From a virus, in the IMG/VR virus record IMGVR_UViG_3300005253_000054, positions 36,284 through 100,283 of that record: a DNA stretch of 64,000 nucleotides. One strand, given 5' to 3'. The first letter of the stretch is position 1. Each line of letters opens with the position of its first letter. Positions 36,051 to 46,599 of the stretch are shown piece by piece. Below the pieces are notes generated by a model that saw only the letters and a list, made by a program, of their open reading frames with translations, was not told the origin of the DNA and did not search any database. A program made the translations under genes and the position numbers.

Positions 36051-39000
36051 ATGGGTATTATTATACTACCAAATCCGAAACCTACTTTGGGTCGCCATAC
36101 TCGTAATGCTAGGCAGGCTAAGAATCCGTCTGCATGGCAAGGTTTGGTTGGTGCTTGGTTTCCAATACTTGGTAATATGGGCCGCACGTTACGAGACATC
36201 AGCAGTCGCCACAATCACGCGAGCAACAACGCGACGTGGGTAGTCGGCGACGAAGGGCCAGAGCTAAAATTTACGTTGGGATCTCAGCAGTTTTTGGAAC
36301 CAAGGAACAACATACCCGATTCGATTGCATCCTCTGGCACGATTGCGATGCGGATGTCATGGTTGAGTGCATCAGGCGTACAATGGGCTTGTTCACACCC
36401 GTCAGGCGACAGAATATACATCAGGAAAAACAGTTCTAATTGGGCCTGGAGGCTCGGATCGTCGGCGTTAAACACAACGGCCGTATCGACCGTCGCGGGT
36501 TTGTACGTTACTGTAGTCCTTGCCTGGGATGGGACAACCGGGCGATTCTATGTCGACGGGAAAGAAGTCGACAGTAACACTTATACCGGTTTGAGTGCCC
36601 CACTCTCTGGTCCATTTTATTTTGGCCGGTTATCCACTACCTATTCGTCAATGTCGTTGCAATGGGCGGCGATATGGGATCGAGCACTTACCGCTTCGGA
36701 AATTAAAGATTTTTCTGACAATCCCTTCTGGCTAATCACACTAGCGACGAAAAATATTGCAGTATCAGGTGTTGTTGATGTATCGTCATCGAGTATCAGT
36801 ACGTCTTCACAGTCAAGTATATCAACGTCAAGTGAATCATCCTCTTCATCAATATCAACATCAAGTGAATCCTCTTCATCTTCAGTTAGTACAAGTAGCC
36901 AGTCATCTATTTCGACTAGTTCTGAATCATCGTCATCGTCGATTTCGACATCTTCACAATCATCAATAAGCACCTCTTCTGAATCTTCATCGTCAAGTAT
37001 CAGTACCAGTAGTCAATCGAGTATTAGCACATCATCAGAATCATCTTCATCATCAATTAGTACGTCAAGTCAGTCATCTATTTCGACTAGTTCTGTTAGT
37101 TCATCATCCTCAATTAGTACGTCAAGTGTTAGCTCGATTAGTACGTCTTCGGCTTCGTCAATAAGTACCAGTTCTAGTTCAATTAGTACATCATCCAGTT
37201 CAATTAGCACATCATCATCCTCGATCAGCACATCATCTAGTTCGATTAGCACGTCGAGTATATCAACAAGTAGTTCATCCATCAGCACTAGTTCGATCAG
37301 CACATCATCCAGTTCGATTAGCACATCATCTAGTACATTCCTTGATAGTAGTGCATCTAGTATATCATCATCATCGTCAATTAGCACAAGTAGTATATCA
37401 TCCATAAGCACATCATCAGAATCATCATCATCATCAATTAGCACAAGTAGCCAATCAAGTATAAGTACATCTTCAGAAAGTTCATCGTCTAGTATATCGA
37501 CGTCAAGCCAGTCAAGTATAAGCACATCTTCTGAATCATCTTCATCATCAATTAGTACGTCAAGTCAGTCATCTATTTCTACCTCGTCAGAATCATCTTC
37601 ATCATCCATAAGCACAAGTAGCCAATCAAGTATTTCGACTAGTTCTGAATCATCATCGAGCAGTATTAGCACAAGTAGCCAATCATCTATTTCTACCTCG
37701 TCAGAATCATCTTCATCAAGTATTAGTACGTCTTCTCAGTCAAGCATTTCTACCTCTTCAGAATCCTCGATTAGCACATCTTCAGAAAGTTCATCGTCTA
37801 GTATATCCACATCAAGTCAGTCAGTTGATTCATCATCATCTTCGATCAGTACATCTTCCGAATTATCTAGTAGCTCGATTAGTACATCATCAATTAGTAC
37901 CTCTTCGGAATCATCACTGTCAAGTTCGTCAAGCACGGGATTATTAAAGTATCCCGTTAGCAAGACAGTTACAAGAGTAGGACCAGCAAGTAAAACTATC
38001 ACGATTATAGGTCCATCAAGTTCTGGTGTGACCGTAGTGGGACCGGCGAGTAAGACGGCAACGGTTCCATTGAGCAGACTTTTTGATGAAGAGGATTCGT
38101 CTGTCAGTAGCCAATCTAGTATATCAACGTCGTCTAGTAGCTTGAGTAGTGTTTCTACTTCGTCGGACAGTTCGTTATCTAGTATATCTACCTCTTCTGT
38201 TTCTTCATCTTCTTCAATAAGTACCTCTTCTGTTAGTTCAATAAGCACAAGTTCTGAATCATCATCCAGTAGTATTAGCACATCGTCGGAATCGTCAATA
38301 AGTACGTCGAGTGTATCGAGTGTTTCGACATCAAGTCAATCCAGTATAAGCACATCATCTGAATCGTCTTCATCATCAATTAGCACAAGTAGTCAATCAA
38401 GTATTTCTACCTCGTCTGAATCGTCTTCATCATCAATTAGTACCTCTTCTCAGTCATCTATTTCTACCTCTTCAGAATCATCTTCATCAAGTATTAGTAC
38501 GTCTTCTCAGTCTAGCATTTCAACGTCAAGTGAATCGTCTTCATCAAGTATTAGTACCAGTTCTCAGTCAAGTATATCAACGTCTTCAGAGTCGTCTTCC
38601 TCATCTGTCAGTACATCAAGTGAGTCGTCCGTAAGCACATCTTCTGAATCATCTTCATCATCTATTAGCACATCTTCTCAATCAAGTATAAGCACATCCT
38701 CTGAATCATCCATAAGCACATCATCTGAATCGTCTTCATCGTCTATTAGTACCTTTTCTGAATCAAGTATTAGTACTTCTTCTGAATCCTCAATAAGTAC
38801 GTCGAGCCTATCAAGTATAAGCACATCATCTGAATCATCTTCATCATCCATAAGCACATCTTCTGAATCCTCTTCAAGTAGTATTTCTACCAGTAGTCAA
38901 TCATCAATATCGACTAGTTCTGAATCTTCATCCAGTTCTATTAGTACATCTTCACAATCGAGTATTAGTACATCAAGTCAGTCATCAATTAGCACAAGTA

Positions 39001-42000
39001 GCCAATCAAGTATTTCTACTAGCTCGGTCAGTTCTACAAGCAGTCAATCGAGCCCGTCAAGTATAAGCACGTCAAGTAGTTCAGTAAGCAGTATAAGTAC
39101 ATCCTCGGTTTCTACATCATCATCGTCAATAAGTACCAGTTCTAGTTCTATCAGTACGTCTTCATCCTCGATTAGTACATCTTCCGATTCCAGCCCGTCA
39201 TCGGTTAGTTCTAGTTCGATTAGCACATCCTCTATTAGTTCACCATCATCTGATATAAGTACATCTTCAGTTAGCACATCCTCCAGTTCCGTCAGTTCGG
39301 TAAGCAGTATAAGTACATCTTCAGTTTCTACGTCGTCATCTTCGATTAGCACATCCTCAATAAGCACATCATCTAGTTCGTCTAGTGTTTCTACGTCTTC
39401 ATCCTCGATTAGTACATCAAGTGTCAGTTCGATTTCCACGTCGTCAATTAGTACAAGTTCTTCATCTATTAGTACGTCATCCGTTTCTAGTAGTAGCAGT
39501 TCTCAATCCAGTAGTTCGTCAATTAGTACATCTTCGATAAGCACGTCATCATCCTCAATCAGTACATCATCATCCTCAATCAGTACATCTTCGATTAGCA
39601 CATCATCCAGTTCAATTAGCACATCATCCACCCTTGATCCTGACGTAGACTTTACATACTTCAGTACAAATCAAGCAATAAACGAGTATGCATTCGAGCA
39701 AGCTTATTACAATATGCCTGCCGATGAATTGGTTGATTTGTTGCATGAGTTAGGGCTCAATTCTGGCACGGAAACTCTGGTACAATGGCAGACGGTTGTA
39801 GACAATGAGGTTGATAGACAGTCCGATAATATTGTATTGAGCGGGCTAAGGCCAGATGGTTTATTGCATATTTTGCTGACTGCTTTTTCCAATAATGGTT
39901 TTTCCTTATTGAATGAATCTGGTAATGGAGCCATTGATAGAATCAAGAGTTCTTTAAGAAGCAGCTTTGATTTGGTTCCAGCAAAATTCTTAACTGCGAA
40001 CACCGTGGCAAATATACGATCCAACGAGAACTTTAGATCGGGGGATATAACCGATACCCCTAAATATTGGTTGTCATGGCCCATGCCACCTGATGAACAC
40101 AATATTATTGAGACCCCTTCGTCTACTTTGGTGCCAATGGTTTTTGTTACTAGGTACCTTACCGGTGTAGATAGTTCTGATGCCGATACTCCAGAGGATC
40201 TCTTGGGTTTCTTGGTGGATCACCCAGAAGGTTTAGCAGTAGCTTTGGGAAAATGGGATCGTGTGCCATTTAACTATCAGAAGCTAGTGTTTACTGATCG
40301 GTCAGGAAATTTTACACTCACATTGAATGGGCGGACAACAGGGCCAATAGACGCTTCTTTACTTTTTGCAGGTGAGGTTACTGATGGTGTGAACAATGAT
40401 CTTCGTACAAAGGTGCGTGAAGAGTTGGCGGCGTTGAATGTTTCTTTCCCTGCTGATGTACCCCCATGTTCTGTATTCTACAATGGCAATAGTGCCAGTC
40501 CCGCATTAGAGGTTTACTTTTTCGGCACTCTTGATAATGTATACCCAACGGGTTCCTTCTATTCCGCAGAGACTAGCATGGAAAATACTATGACATCTTC
40601 AATAGATGGTGGTAGTATTACAATTACACAAGTAGTAGGTAACGACCAATTCCATTTTCTGGATTTCTTAGGCGATGGTGGGGTGCCCTTGGTTGATTCT
40701 ACAGGCAAATCTATTAAGTCCATGAAGTATGACAATCATATCAACTTCATAACGACATACTTAAGGACGTGGCTTGGTGAATACGATGATCTTGGTGGAA
40801 AATTGGATGATTTCATTCTGGATTTTGAGGGGCATATATCGACTTTCCATATTTCTAGGGATTACTATTATGGTGGTGCTGATGATGCCGCCAACGTGGA
40901 GGCGACAGCAGATAAGTTACGTAATGAGAACATATTCAAGACGGGTTTTTGGAAAGATAAGTTACCGGATGACTTGCATGATTCCTTTGTTGATATAAGG
41001 ACTTGGTGGAATGATGCGAGTACCGGTGGAGAACCAGTGACTAGATCGCAGTTTGATGGTGTTTGTCGATTACAACGGGCAGCCTTTGCGGATGATATTT
41101 TTCAGATTGTTTTGGAGACTTTTCCAAATGCAAAGAATAGTAATTTTTTTGCTAGTCCACAAACTTCGCAATTTCCAATAGGCAATCTTTCTAAAGGGAA
41201 TGTACATTCGTTGCAGGGTTTTTCAGGTACGCACAGTTCACCTGTCAACTATAACGGCCGCCCCTGGGTCAATGACATAGGTGATTCGGCATTGGAAGAG
41301 CCTCCAGATAAAGCGGCAAATCGTAGCTGGTCACCAGCCCACATGATCCGATGGAGATACATTCAGAGAAACTCGTCCGGTATCGTAACGATGGATTTTT
41401 GGACTGACGCAGAGCGTGCCAGTGATCCAATTTTGGGAGGGGATCAAACTATAGATGGGTTGAGTGTTGGGGATCGTGTTAGATTGTTTGCAAACACTAC
41501 TGCTGATCGTGGCATTGTTGGTAGTTTTTTGGCTAATAATGTAACAGATCAATTCTTCGGTTTTCCAATAACTGAGATTGGTACCCATACCGTAGATTAT
41601 GGCGATGGTGCGGAGTCACGTGATTTTATCAAATACCAAGACACAGAAACCAGTGCATTGGGGGTGGTTGATGGAAAGATATCTCCTAACAGATTTGGTA
41701 ATGGTACTTTTCTAACTACTTTGAAAGCCTGGGAAGGTTTTCTTTCAGATTTGCTTAATGTAAGATCATCAGCAAGTGCTTACGATATTCCTATACAATC
41801 TTGGTGGATAAATTGGGGTCAGTTCCCCGAATCGGAGGATAGACAATTTGGAAGATACAAAACACAGTGGAGAGCCGAATCGTGGTTCCATTCTGTTTTA
41901 TGTGGTGAGTTAGATAATCAGATACTTTTTGGTCGGGGTTGGTTGAATGAGAATGATCATTTTCCATCGGTGGCTGAGGCTGCCTTTACTTATACCTTTG

Positions 42001-42338
42001 ATGATATCACTGATTGGGCTCAATTCGATACTGCTCGACAAGAGATAAATAATTTGTTCGGATTTGTTTCCAGTGAGATAAGGCCATTGTCGATTAACTT
42101 TGAGCCTTTGAGTATGCAAGGTCAAGAGTATGTGATTAGTGGTGTCAGCTTGCCAGATAGTAGTAAGTTGTTTAGAATTACTTTGAAAGATGTGGGCGGT
42201 TCGGTGGGACTGTTACCGTTAGTAAGTAACGATTTTAGGGACTTCCGTACTGTTAGTGGTTTGATCGTTCGTGTACCGGGTCAGATTGTGAGCGGGAGTT
42301 TCGAGGACAATGGGTGGTGGGTGAAGATTTCAGCTTGA
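36051..42338 (+). CDS. Giant (2095 aa) protein: LamG/ConA-like domain, ~950 aa Ser-rich repeat, C-terminal globular region
   Basis: VVLAWDGTTGRFYVDG..AIWDRALTASEI LamG motifs; SSISTSS(E/Q) repeats. Confidence 0.8.
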   Translation: MGIIILPNPKPTLGRHTRNARQAKNPSAWQGLVGAWFPILGNMGRTLRDISSRHNHASNNATWVVGDEGPELKFTLGSQQFLEPRNNIPDSIASSGTIAMRMSWLSASGVQWACSHPSGDRIYIRKNSSNWAWRLGSSALNTTAVSTVAGLYVTVVLAWDGTTGRFYVDGKEVDSNTYTGLSAPLSGPFYFGRLSTTYSSMSLQWAAIWDRALTASEIKDFSDNPFWLITLATKNIAVSGVVDVSSSSISTSSQSSISTSSESSSSSISTSSESSSSSVSTSSQSSISTSSESSSSSISTSSQSSISTSSESSSSSISTSSQSSISTSSESSSSSISTSSQSSISTSSVSSSSSISTSSVSSISTSSASSISTSSSSISTSSSSISTSSSSISTSSSSISTSSISTSSSSISTSSISTSSSSISTSSSTFLDSSASSISSSSSISTSSISSISTSSESSSSSISTSSQSSISTSSESSSSSISTSSQSSISTSSESSSSSISTSSQSSISTSSESSSSSISTSSQSSISTSSESSSSSISTSSQSSISTSSESSSSSISTSSQSSISTSSESSISTSSESSSSSISTSSQSVDSSSSSISTSSELSSSSISTSSISTSSESSLSSSSSTGLLKYPVSKTVTRVGPASKTITIIGPSSSGVTVVGPASKTATVPLSRLFDEEDSSVSSQSSISTSSSSLSSVSTSSDSSLSSISTSSVSSSSSISTSSVSSISTSSESSSSSISTSSESSISTSSVSSVSTSSQSSISTSSESSSSSISTSSQSSISTSSESSSSSISTSSQSSISTSSESSSSSISTSSQSSISTSSESSSSSISTSSQSSISTSSESSSSSVSTSSESSVSTSSESSSSSISTSSQSSISTSSESSISTSSESSSSSISTFSESSISTSSESSISTSSLSSISTSSESSSSSISTSSESSSSSISTSSQSSISTSSESSSSSISTSSQSSISTSSQSSISTSSQSSISTSSVSSTSSQSSPSSISTSSSSVSSISTSSVSTSSSSISTSSSSISTSSSSISTSSDSSPSSVSSSSISTSSISSPSSDISTSSVSTSSSSVSSVSSISTSSVSTSSSSISTSSISTSSSSSSVSTSSSSISTSSVSSISTSSISTSSSSISTSSVSSSSSSQSSSSSISTSSISTSSSSISTSSSSISTSSISTSSSSISTSSTLDPDVDFTYFSTNQAINEYAFEQAYYNMPADELVDLLHELGLNSGTETLVQWQTVVDNEVDRQSDNIVLSGLRPDGLLHILLTAFSNNGFSLLNESGNGAIDRIKSSLRSSFDLVPAKFLTANTVANIRSNENFRSGDITDTPKYWLSWPMPPDEHNIIETPSSTLVPMVFVTRYLTGVDSSDADTPEDLLGFLVDHPEGLAVALGKWDRVPFNYQKLVFTDRSGNFTLTLNGRTTGPIDASLLFAGEVTDGVNNDLRTKVREELAALNVSFPADVPPCSVFYNGNSASPALEVYFFGTLDNVYPTGSFYSAETSMENTMTSSIDGGSITITQVVGNDQFHFLDFLGDGGVPLVDSTGKSIKSMKYDNHINFITTYLRTWLGEYDDLGGKLDDFILDFEGHISTFHISRDYYYGGADDAANVEATADKLRNENIFKTGFWKDKLPDDLHDSFVDIRTWWNDASTGGEPVTRSQFDGVCRLQRAAFADDIFQIVLETFPNAKNSNFFASPQTSQFPIGNLSKGNVHSLQGFSGTHSSPVNYNGRPWVNDIGDSALEEPPDKAANRSWSPAHMIRWRYIQRNSSGIVTMDFWTDAERASDPILGGDQTIDGLSVGDRVRLFANTTADRGIVGSFLANNVTDQFFGFPITEIGTHTVDYGDGAESRDFIKYQDTETSALGVVDGKISPNRFGNGTFLTTLKAWEGFLSDLLNVRSSASAYDIPIQSWWINWGQFPESEDRQFGRYKTQWRAESWFHSVLCGELDNQILFGRGWLNENDHFPSVAEAAFTYTFDDITDWAQFDTARQEINNLFGFVSSEIRPLSINFEPLSMQGQEYVISGVSLPDSSKLFRITLKDVGGSVGLLPLVSNDFRDFRTVSGLIVRVPGQIVSGSFEDNGWWVKISA
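36783..39629 (+). repeat. Ser-rich coding repeat (SSISTSS[E/Q]) with scrambled synonymous codons
   Basis: Protein-level repeat; interrupted at ~37935-38097. Confidence 0.95.
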
Positions 42339-42392
42339 CGATTTGGAAGAATTGGCTTGGCATGGTACAATGGTATTGGGAGGGATTGAATA

Positions 42393-42746
42393 ATGACACT
42401 TATTTATGCATATCAGGATCGTGGACTTACAAGAGATATTGTAATAAGGGATGCAGATGAGGCTGCGATTACACCGGGCTCGAATGATAATGTACGTGCT
42501 ATCATTGGTAGGCTTGGTGATGTTGCAAAATTGACGGTGACCGGTGGCAGTTCTACGGACAATGGAAGTGCTTTTGATAAGAATTTTCCAACAGATGGAA
42601 CGAATAGGTTACGATTGGATGCCTCCGATTTGGCGGCGATTGAGCCAGGAACGTATACTTTGTCAATCGAGTTTTTTGATAATGCTGATGGTGCCGAATG
42701 GAAAAATGTGGAACGGCAGATTTTCTCGTTGGAGGAAACTACATAA
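42393..42746 (+). CDS. Putative structural protein (beta-sandwich-like)
   Basis: LEPGTY-type motif (IEPGTYTLSIE); SD present. Confidence 0.45.
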   Translation: MTLIYAYQDRGLTRDIVIRDADEAAITPGSNDNVRAIIGRLGDVAKLTVTGGSSTDNGSAFDKNFPTDGTNRLRLDASDLAAIEPGTYTLSIEFFDNADGAEWKNVERQIFSLEETT

Positions 42747-42779
42747 TAATTGTTGTAACTCTTTCTAGGGAGACTCGTT

Positions 42780-42986
42780 ATGGGTTCTACTATTTTGGGT
42801 GATTGTGTAAGGGATTCTATTACTGGTTTTGAGGGTACTGTTATTAGTATTTGTCAAAACTTACACAATGTGGATAGGATTTGTGTTGTCTTGCACAATT
42901 TGGATCAAGGGAAGATTGTGCAAGAGTGGTTTGATGCAGACAGATTGAGTGTTGTGGATAAAAGTACGATGAAGTGCGTTAACTAA
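42780..42986 (+). CDS. Small SH3-like phage protein
   Basis: LGDCVRDSITGFEGTV..WFDADRL. Confidence 0.55.
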   Translation: MGSTILGDCVRDSITGFEGTVISICQNLHNVDRICVVLHNLDQGKIVQEWFDADRLSVVDKSTMKCVN

Positions 42987-43001
42987 GACTCACTTGAGCG
43001 G

Positions 43002-43044
43002 GTGAGTGGGGTTGTTTCCAGGCTTTCGACCCCACTCACATTTT
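43002..43044 (+). terminator. Hairpin / terminator
   Basis: GTGAGTGGGGT/ACCCCACTCAC 11-bp stem followed by ATTTT. Confidence 0.55.
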
Positions 43045-43049
43045 GAAAT

Positions 43050-43132
43050 ACCAATAGATACCCTAGCCTAACATGGATCGCTTATAGCCCGTTGGGTGCA
43101 ACGAGGACAAGGGTGTTTTCGTATCTATTGGT
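43050..43132 (+). ncRNA. Structured RNA candidate
   Basis: Perfect 12-bp closing stem ACCAATAGATAC/GTATCTATTGGT. Confidence 0.4.
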
Positions 43133-43135
43133 TAA

Positions 43136-43210
43136 TGCGGGATAGCTCAGTTGGTAGAGCAGGAAATCAGATGAATTTCCGTGTCGGTGGTTCGAGTCCA
43201 TCTCCCGCAG
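43136..43210 (+). tRNA. Atypical tRNA, anticodon undetermined (expanded anticodon arm)
   Basis: TGCGGGA/TCCCGCA acceptor, GCTC/GAGC D arm, GGTGG-TTCGAGT-CCATC T arm; GGAAA-TCAGATGAA-TTTCC anticodon arm; no encoded CCA. Confidence 0.8.
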
Positions 43211-43395
43211 TTTATTTTGATTTATTCGGTGTAGTATGGTAGGATAGTTGAACCGATGGTACGAGAAAGACTACATATTGTACCCATCAGACCGGCACGG
43301 TGTAAAGTGCAACGGCCCTGGACGACGGCACGAGCAAGCAGCCGGCCGCCAAAATAGTCGTCCATTTTTTAGACCCTGATAAGGAATCCTAAACG

Positions 43396-44196
43396 ATGGG
43401 AAAAATTGCAGATATATCTGAAGTCTTACTCGAATTAGGCTTATCCTCTTCAGCAACGGATGAGGAAAGGGCTATCGCCAATTCTGCCATCATAAGAGCA
43501 GAGGCAGCGATTCGTAGACACATCTTTTATGATCCTGTTGAACGAACCAGAACCGAATACTATCCTCAATCCGAAAATATGATTCGGAGTAGGGGAGTTG
43601 TCTGGGAGACGGAAGGGGACCAAGCATTCTTAAGACAAGTGGCTAATGCCTCTGCAACCGAGTTACAGATTCAGAATATCCCTATCCGATCCATTACGCA
43701 GTTATTCGTTGATTTTGATGGTAGGGCTGGTACAAGAGCTTCCTCGTTTGCAGATTCGACATTAAAGGTAGAGGGTACCGATTACTGGCCTAACAATGAT
43801 GGGTTTGATAGTAGCGATGCTAATATCTGTAGGGATGGAATCATTCGGTCTGGTGGGTTATGGCCGACTACGCCGGGTACCGTCAAGATTGTCTATGTGG
43901 CGGGCTACACGCCCGCTGAGTTGCACGGACAGGACAATATCGTAGATGCAATGCCCATCTTGGATGCGGTCATAGACGAGGCTGTGAGGCGTACTAAGAA
44001 GGCTTTCGTGAATATGAAGAAAACGGGAGCAGGTTGGACGGCCGGGCCGTTTACGTCCGAGACGTTGGGTGATTATCGGTATCAAATCGACTCAAAACTT
44101 TCGGCTCGATTATTTGGTAGTTCGTTTGATATTACGTCAGAGAGTAAGGAGAAAATTTCTTCGTTCGTCAATTTTGGATGGTCACTTAGTTCGTGA
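43396..44196 (+). CDS. Head-tail connector-like protein
   Basis: IIRAEAAIRRH, VKIVYVAGY, SETLGDYRY motifs. Confidence 0.7.
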   Translation: MGKIADISEVLLELGLSSSATDEERAIANSAIIRAEAAIRRHIFYDPVERTRTEYYPQSENMIRSRGVVWETEGDQAFLRQVANASATELQIQNIPIRSITQLFVDFDGRAGTRASSFADSTLKVEGTDYWPNNDGFDSSDANICRDGIIRSGGLWPTTPGTVKIVYVAGYTPAELHGQDNIVDAMPILDAVIDEAVRRTKKAFVNMKKTGAGWTAGPFTSETLGDYRYQIDSKLSARLFGSSFDITSESKEKISSFVNFGWSLSS

Positions 44197-44939
44197 GTGG
44201 AATACGTATAGTGGAACCAATTGAAAAAGTAGCGATGCGATTCCAAATCGTGTTTACCTATAGCTGCAATATGGCTTGCCAGTATTGCGATAGGTACGTG
44301 GATTCCTTGCCTTGGCCTAATACGGACATTACGAAAGAGGATTTAAGGCTAGGTTTAGAGGTAGTAAAGAAATCAAGAGTTCACATTAAACAGTGCCGCA
44401 TAACTGGAGGCGAGCCAAAGGTACACCCCTCCTTTGAGGAATTGGCAAAGTACGTTTTGGAAACATGGGGGGATAAAGGCAGGATCAGGACGTCAGTAAG
44501 TACGAATATGGTTCTAAAGAATCCGAGAGGATTGGGGGTGAGGTGGCAGAAATATCCGATGGCAGAGAAGAATCATGTTCCGGTAATGATTAGCCCCTAT
44601 GATTTGGGGAAACATCCAGTAAGGGGGTACACTACGTATTGCCGAGTGCAATGTCGATGTGGTAGGTTGTTTGATAAATTTGGGTTTGCCTCGTGTCCTT
44701 ATGCTGGTCCGATTGGTAGAGTATTGGGAATTGATCCTTACCAGTCCATGCCAGTCTTGTATGGTAGGCCGGATATTTGCAGGCATTGTGTGCATTCGTT
44801 GGATAGGTGGGATAGGCTTAAGATTTATAAGGATGCGTTGGCCGGTAAAATTGAATTCCCGACGAAGACATTTCGAGAAGGATTGGAAAGGTTCAAAGCA
44901 GAACCTACAGAGTTTAAGACTTTTCAGGAAAGGGTATAA
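44193..44939 (+). CDS. Radical SAM protein
   Basis: CNMACQYC, ITGGEP, C-terminal Cys cluster. Confidence 0.85.
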   Translation: MSGIRIVEPIEKVAMRFQIVFTYSCNMACQYCDRYVDSLPWPNTDITKEDLRLGLEVVKKSRVHIKQCRITGGEPKVHPSFEELAKYVLETWGDKGRIRTSVSTNMVLKNPRGLGVRWQKYPMAEKNHVPVMISPYDLGKHPVRGYTTYCRVQCRCGRLFDKFGFASCPYAGPIGRVLGIDPYQSMPVLYGRPDICRHCVHSLDRWDRLKIYKDALAGKIEFPTKTFREGLERFKAEPTEFKTFQERV

Positions 44940-44941
44940 TT

Positions 44942-45154
44942 ATGTGTGAGAAAGAGAAGGTGTTTTGTGGATTACTTTCAAAGGCTTACATAGAAGGTCG
45001 TAGAAAATCTTGGTGTGTTTGTCATAAATGTAAGGTTGTTTTTGAGGATGATTGTCCCATTGTTGGTAGTATAAAATGTCCCGGGTGTGGTCACATATTA
45101 GAACGTAAAGTATCACTGAGGCTAGCAAAGGAATTGATAGGTGTCCCTGTATAG
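44942..45154 (+). CDS. Zn-ribbon protein (paralog 1)
   Basis: CHKC..CPGC. Confidence 0.65.
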   Translation: MCEKEKVFCGLLSKAYIEGRRKSWCVCHKCKVVFEDDCPIVGSIKCPGCGHILERKVSLRLAKELIGVPV

Positions 45155-45162
45155 GAGCGAGT

Positions 45163-45420
45163 TTGATGTCAAAAGACCTTTGGGAACGTTCGTTTCAGTT
45201 ATTGTCACAAGCTTACAAGTTGGCAAATGAGGATTGGCCACAGATTAGAAAATTGTTTTGGAGAAAGACTTGGTGTGCTTGTCATGTTTGTAAGCTTGTT
45301 TTTGAGGATGATTATCCAGAAGGTAAAGATAATGTGTATTGTCCTCATTGTGGACAAAATCTGGAACGGGGATTGTCACTGAAGAAAGCAAAGGAATTGA
45401 TAGGTGTCATCATTACTTGA
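45163..45420 (+). CDS. Zn-ribbon protein (paralog 2)
   Basis: CHVC..CPHC; shares VFEDD and AKELIGV with paralog 1. Confidence 0.65.
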   Translation: MMSKDLWERSFQLLSQAYKLANEDWPQIRKLFWRKTWCACHVCKLVFEDDYPEGKDNVYCPHCGQNLERGLSLKKAKELIGVIIT

Positions 45421-45757
45421 TTCATTCCCACATACCTGTACAGCTAAACGACGAATTCGCACTAAGGGTTCGTTGGGTGGCAGTAAGGAAACCTTCCCCA
45501 CTACCACATTTACAGGTAGGGCATGTTGGCAACAGCCAGCGGGAGAAGCATTGATACGTGAGTTTCAGAAGCGTGGAATCACAGTAACGAATAAGGTTTA
45601 CTTTACGGCTGATCCTGGATTAGATGAAAGGGACATTCTTATCATTGGGTCAGATACTTTTGAGGTTCGTTCTAAGGCGAATCCCGATGCATCCGCTGGC
45701 CTCGGGATTGTGTATCGTATATTATGCGAGAAGACCACGACAGGCAGTACACCCTAA
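45404..45757 (+). CDS. Head closure / head-tail adaptor-like protein
   Basis: 117 aa; HTCTAKR..LGG..DILII..FEV pattern typical of head-closure proteins. Confidence 0.6.
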   Translation: MSSLLDSFPHTCTAKRRIRTKGSLGGSKETFPTTTFTGRACWQQPAGEALIREFQKRGITVTNKVYFTADPGLDERDILIIGSDTFEVRSKANPDASAGLGIVYRILCEKTTTGSTP

Positions 45758-46599
45758 CTAAGGAGACCTATTAAATGACAGATGAACAAATGGCAGCAGC
45801 ATTTAATGAATGGATGAGAGTTTATGTGGAGGAACCAGAAAAGTTTGAACGTGATTGGCAAACAATACGGGAATTTTTATCTGATACTAATAATGGTACA
45901 GAACCAAGTTATGGTCAGGAATGCGTGAAGACATTACGGCGATATCACGAATTGTTATTTGGCCGGGGAGGAACAACTCCCACCAAGTTATCCGCACCAC
46001 CAGTTAGATAGTATAGGAGACCCCGACAATGATTGATTTTGAAAGAGCACAAGTTATCGTGGACTATTTGAATGGGTTGTTGGAATTGGATAGACCCGCC
46101 GTAGCGGCATTGATTGCGAATCGTGTGCCTTGTAATAAGGCTCTTGCGGATCATCCTACTTGTCAGGTGGTTGCTCAGCATGGTAGTTGTCACGTTGGGT
46201 TGTTGGGGATTTTGAATGGGTTATGTGGAAAAGACAAGAGGGGGTGGGGTGGGATTGTTGTCGTATTTTCATCACCTGGGGATAGTCCAAAAACAAATGC
46301 ACCACGGGAAACGGGACATAGAGATTTGGCCCGTTTTGAAGTTGCGGGGCATTGATTTTCATGGCAGTTCGTAGTTGTGAACGTGGATGGTCCATTATTT
46401 ATATTGATGGGAAATGGTTGTATGAAGATACACGAGAGGTTGTAAATAATCGTCGAATTTGCAAGCGATGTGGACGAAGGCCGACTACAGAAGGATATGA
46501 TCCTTGTTTGGGAAAATTACGAGGGGTGTCATCTGCCTGTTGTGGGCATGGTATTCAAGAGGGTTTTGTAATAAGTGTTTAACTTGAAAGGTGATTATA

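Noticed and set aside
36641-39439. Minus-strand L/D/E/V-rich ORFs (also at 56489-56815 and 63225-63491)
   Set aside because: They are antisense shadows of the Ser repeats, with no motifs or expression signals.
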